Source: Nitrosomonadales bacterium
Lineage (GTDB): Bacteria; Pseudomonadota; Gammaproteobacteria; Burkholderiales; Gallionellaceae
Length of the DNA stretch: 36,414 nucleotides
Assembly (NCBI GenBank): GCA_016218465.1
Contig: JACREA010000084.1
Location: forward strand, 1 to 36,414
Direction: 5' to 3'
Below are positions 35,062-36,414 of this stretch, piece after piece. The notes beneath the pieces are model-generated. The model had not been told where the DNA came from and did no database searches. It was given only the letters and a program-made list of their open reading frames with translations. Numbering within the stretch: position 1 is the stretch's first letter; the number at the start of each line of letters is the position of its first letter. A program made the translations under genes and the position numbers.

Positions 35062-36414
35062 TCATTGGGCCATTACCACGCGGTTCTTGCCGGCTTTCTT
35101 GGCTTGATACATCGCCTTGTCGGCGCGACCGATGACATCTTCCTGCGATTCTTCCGCTGCGCGCAGCGCCACGCCTGCGCTGAAGGTGACCAGGACACGT
35201 TCGTTTTCATGCAGGAAGAATTTCCTGGTGAGTTCGCGTTGCAGGCGTTCGATGGTCGCGGCGGCCTCTTCAATGCCGATACCCGGCAGGACGATGACAA
35301 ATTCCTCGCCGCCGTAGCGCGCTACCGAGTCGCTGGGGCGCAGCGCTTCTTTAATGATGTTGCTCAGGTGAATGAGCGCCTGATCGCCGGCGTAATGACC
35401 GAGTGTGTCGTTGAGGCGTTTGAAGTCGTCGATGTCGAGCAGCGCGATGCAAATGGGCGTCTGGCTGCGGTCCGCGCGCGTGGCCTCGCGTTCGAAGGCT
35501 TCGTCCAGGCCGCGCCGGTTGAGCGCGCCGGTGAGCTGGTCTTCGCGCACCAATTCGCTGACCTGCGAGAGCTCCTGTTCAAGTTTTCTGATTTTGGCTT
35601 CGGACTCCTGCACCTGTTTGCGGGTGTCAGCCAATTCTTCGTGCGAGCGCAACGCGCTGGCCTGGATGATGCGCGTATCCTGCATGATGTCGTCCAGCAG
35701 GTGGCTTAACTCGACAAGGTTGCTTGATTTGCTGATCTTTTTGCTGTAGCCCTCGATCTTGTGATGGTAGTCGCCGGTGCTTTCGGTGATTTCCCCCAGC
35801 CGGTCAATAAAGGTGGTCATCAGGCTCTTGAGCGTGGTCTTGGCGTCGCTCAGGCTTTGCTTGAGCATGCCCTGCTTGATGATGGCATCGCGCAGGCTGC
35901 GCTCGGCATCGGCGATGGCACGCCTGTCAATCGGGTTGGTGATGATATCCTGCAGGATGACGATTTGTCCGTGCAGCCATTCTTCGTTCTCGACCATTTC
36001 GCCGATGTTCTCCACCAGCAGGCGCAACAGGCGCACCAGGCCTTCGTGAATTTTGGCCTTGTCGCCGCCGCGCAGTTCGGCCTTTATCCAGAATTGGCGC
36101 AGTTGTTTGGCCAGCACGATGACTTGCTCGTGCGTTTTGATGCCGCGCACCTGCCGGGCGAGGGCTTGCACTTCCTGCGCCAGTTCCGGTTGCGCGCTGA
36201 GTATGCTTTCCAGCGTTTGCGCCAGCAATTCAGAAAGTTTGCCGAGTATTCCGGTATCGCCGCCAAGTGTGCCGGCAGAAGCCGTCAATGCCGCAGACGA
36301 TTCTGTCTTCTGTCCTCTGATAGAACTACTAGCCATTCGACTAGGCTGGCAAACAGCGCCAGCCAAGTCGCTGGTTATGCCATCTGTCATCCGGCTAGCC
36401 TGGCGCAGTCGCGC
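35062..36414 (-). CDS. Diguanylate cyclase (coiled coil + GGEEF domain); frame open to the window edge, probably 5'-truncated
   Basis: DQLTGALNRR, DIDDFKRLNDTLGH and RPSD-SVARY-GGEEF (I-site plus A-site). No stop between 36414 and 36390 (ARLRQASR). Confidence 0.93.
   Translation of the reverse strand, partial: ARLRQASRMTDGITSDLAGAVCQPSRMASSSIRGQKTESSAALTASAGTLGGDTGILGKLSELLAQTLESILSAQPELAQEVQALARQVRGIKTHEQVIVLAKQLRQFWIKAELRGGDKAKIHEGLVRLLRLLVENIGEMVENEEWLHGQIVILQDIITNPIDRRAIADAERSLRDAIIKQGMLKQSLSDAKTTLKSLMTTFIDRLGEITESTGDYHHKIEGYSKKISKSSNLVELSHLLDDIMQDTRIIQASALRSHEELADTRKQVQESEAKIRKLEQELSQVSELVREDQLTGALNRRGLDEAFEREATRADRSQTPICIALLDIDDFKRLNDTLGHYAGDQALIHLSNIIKEALRPSDSVARYGGEEFVIVLPGIGIEEAAATIERLQRELTRKFFLHENERVLVTFSAGVALRAAEESQEDVIGRADKAMYQAKKAGKNRVVMAQ
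36302..36391. repeat. CAGARGA-family heptamer tract inside the cyclase gene, carrying the mini-element
   Basis: TGTCTTC TGTCCTC T[60 bp]GCCATC TGTCATC. Confidence 0.75.
36319..36378 (+). mobile_element. 60-bp hairpin mini-element, copy 5 (in frame in the cyclase)
   Basis: GATAGAACTACTAGCCATTCGACTAGGCTGGCAAACAGCGCCAGCCAAGTCGCTGGTTAT, following CCTCT. Confidence 0.8.

Noticed and set aside
36319-36378. c-di-GMP riboswitch, suggested by the context and CCATTCGA
   Set aside because: It lacks the class I two-stem GGCAAA...GCAAA layout with a GNRA loop and receptor. Copies occur in both orientations and inside ORFs.
1-36414. Autonomous transposase, integrase, reverse transcriptase, tRNA or rRNA genes
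   Set aside because: None recognised. All long ORFs are accounted for by flagellar or c-di-GMP genes, so any mobilising enzyme must lie outside the window.

Overview
A near-complete betaproteobacterial flagellar gene cluster; gene order and proteins suggest Gallionellaceae, which is an inference. Order: 3' end of flhG, fliA, motC/motD-type stator, flgN-flgM-flgA (-), flgBCDEFGHIJKL (+), fliRQPONMLKJIHGF (-), fliE (+), then ycgR, a stand-alone FlhB-C protein, a FliK-like protein, fliT-fliS-fliD-flaG-fliC and a GGEEF diguanylate cyclase (all -). Three sigma-28 promoters are clear. The genes are ordinary; the gene junctions are not. They hold at least six families of short palindromic repeats, nested inside one another. 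The main signal is a 60-bp hairpin mini-element present in 5 copies (one is 57 bp). Every copy sits immediately 3' of CCTCT with no target duplication, inside unrelated host repeats, and removing it restores the host repeat (exactly in the four 60-bp copies). Its stem shows compensatory changes, and two copies lie in frame inside ORFs (FliO and the diguanylate cyclase). No transposase is encoded in the window.
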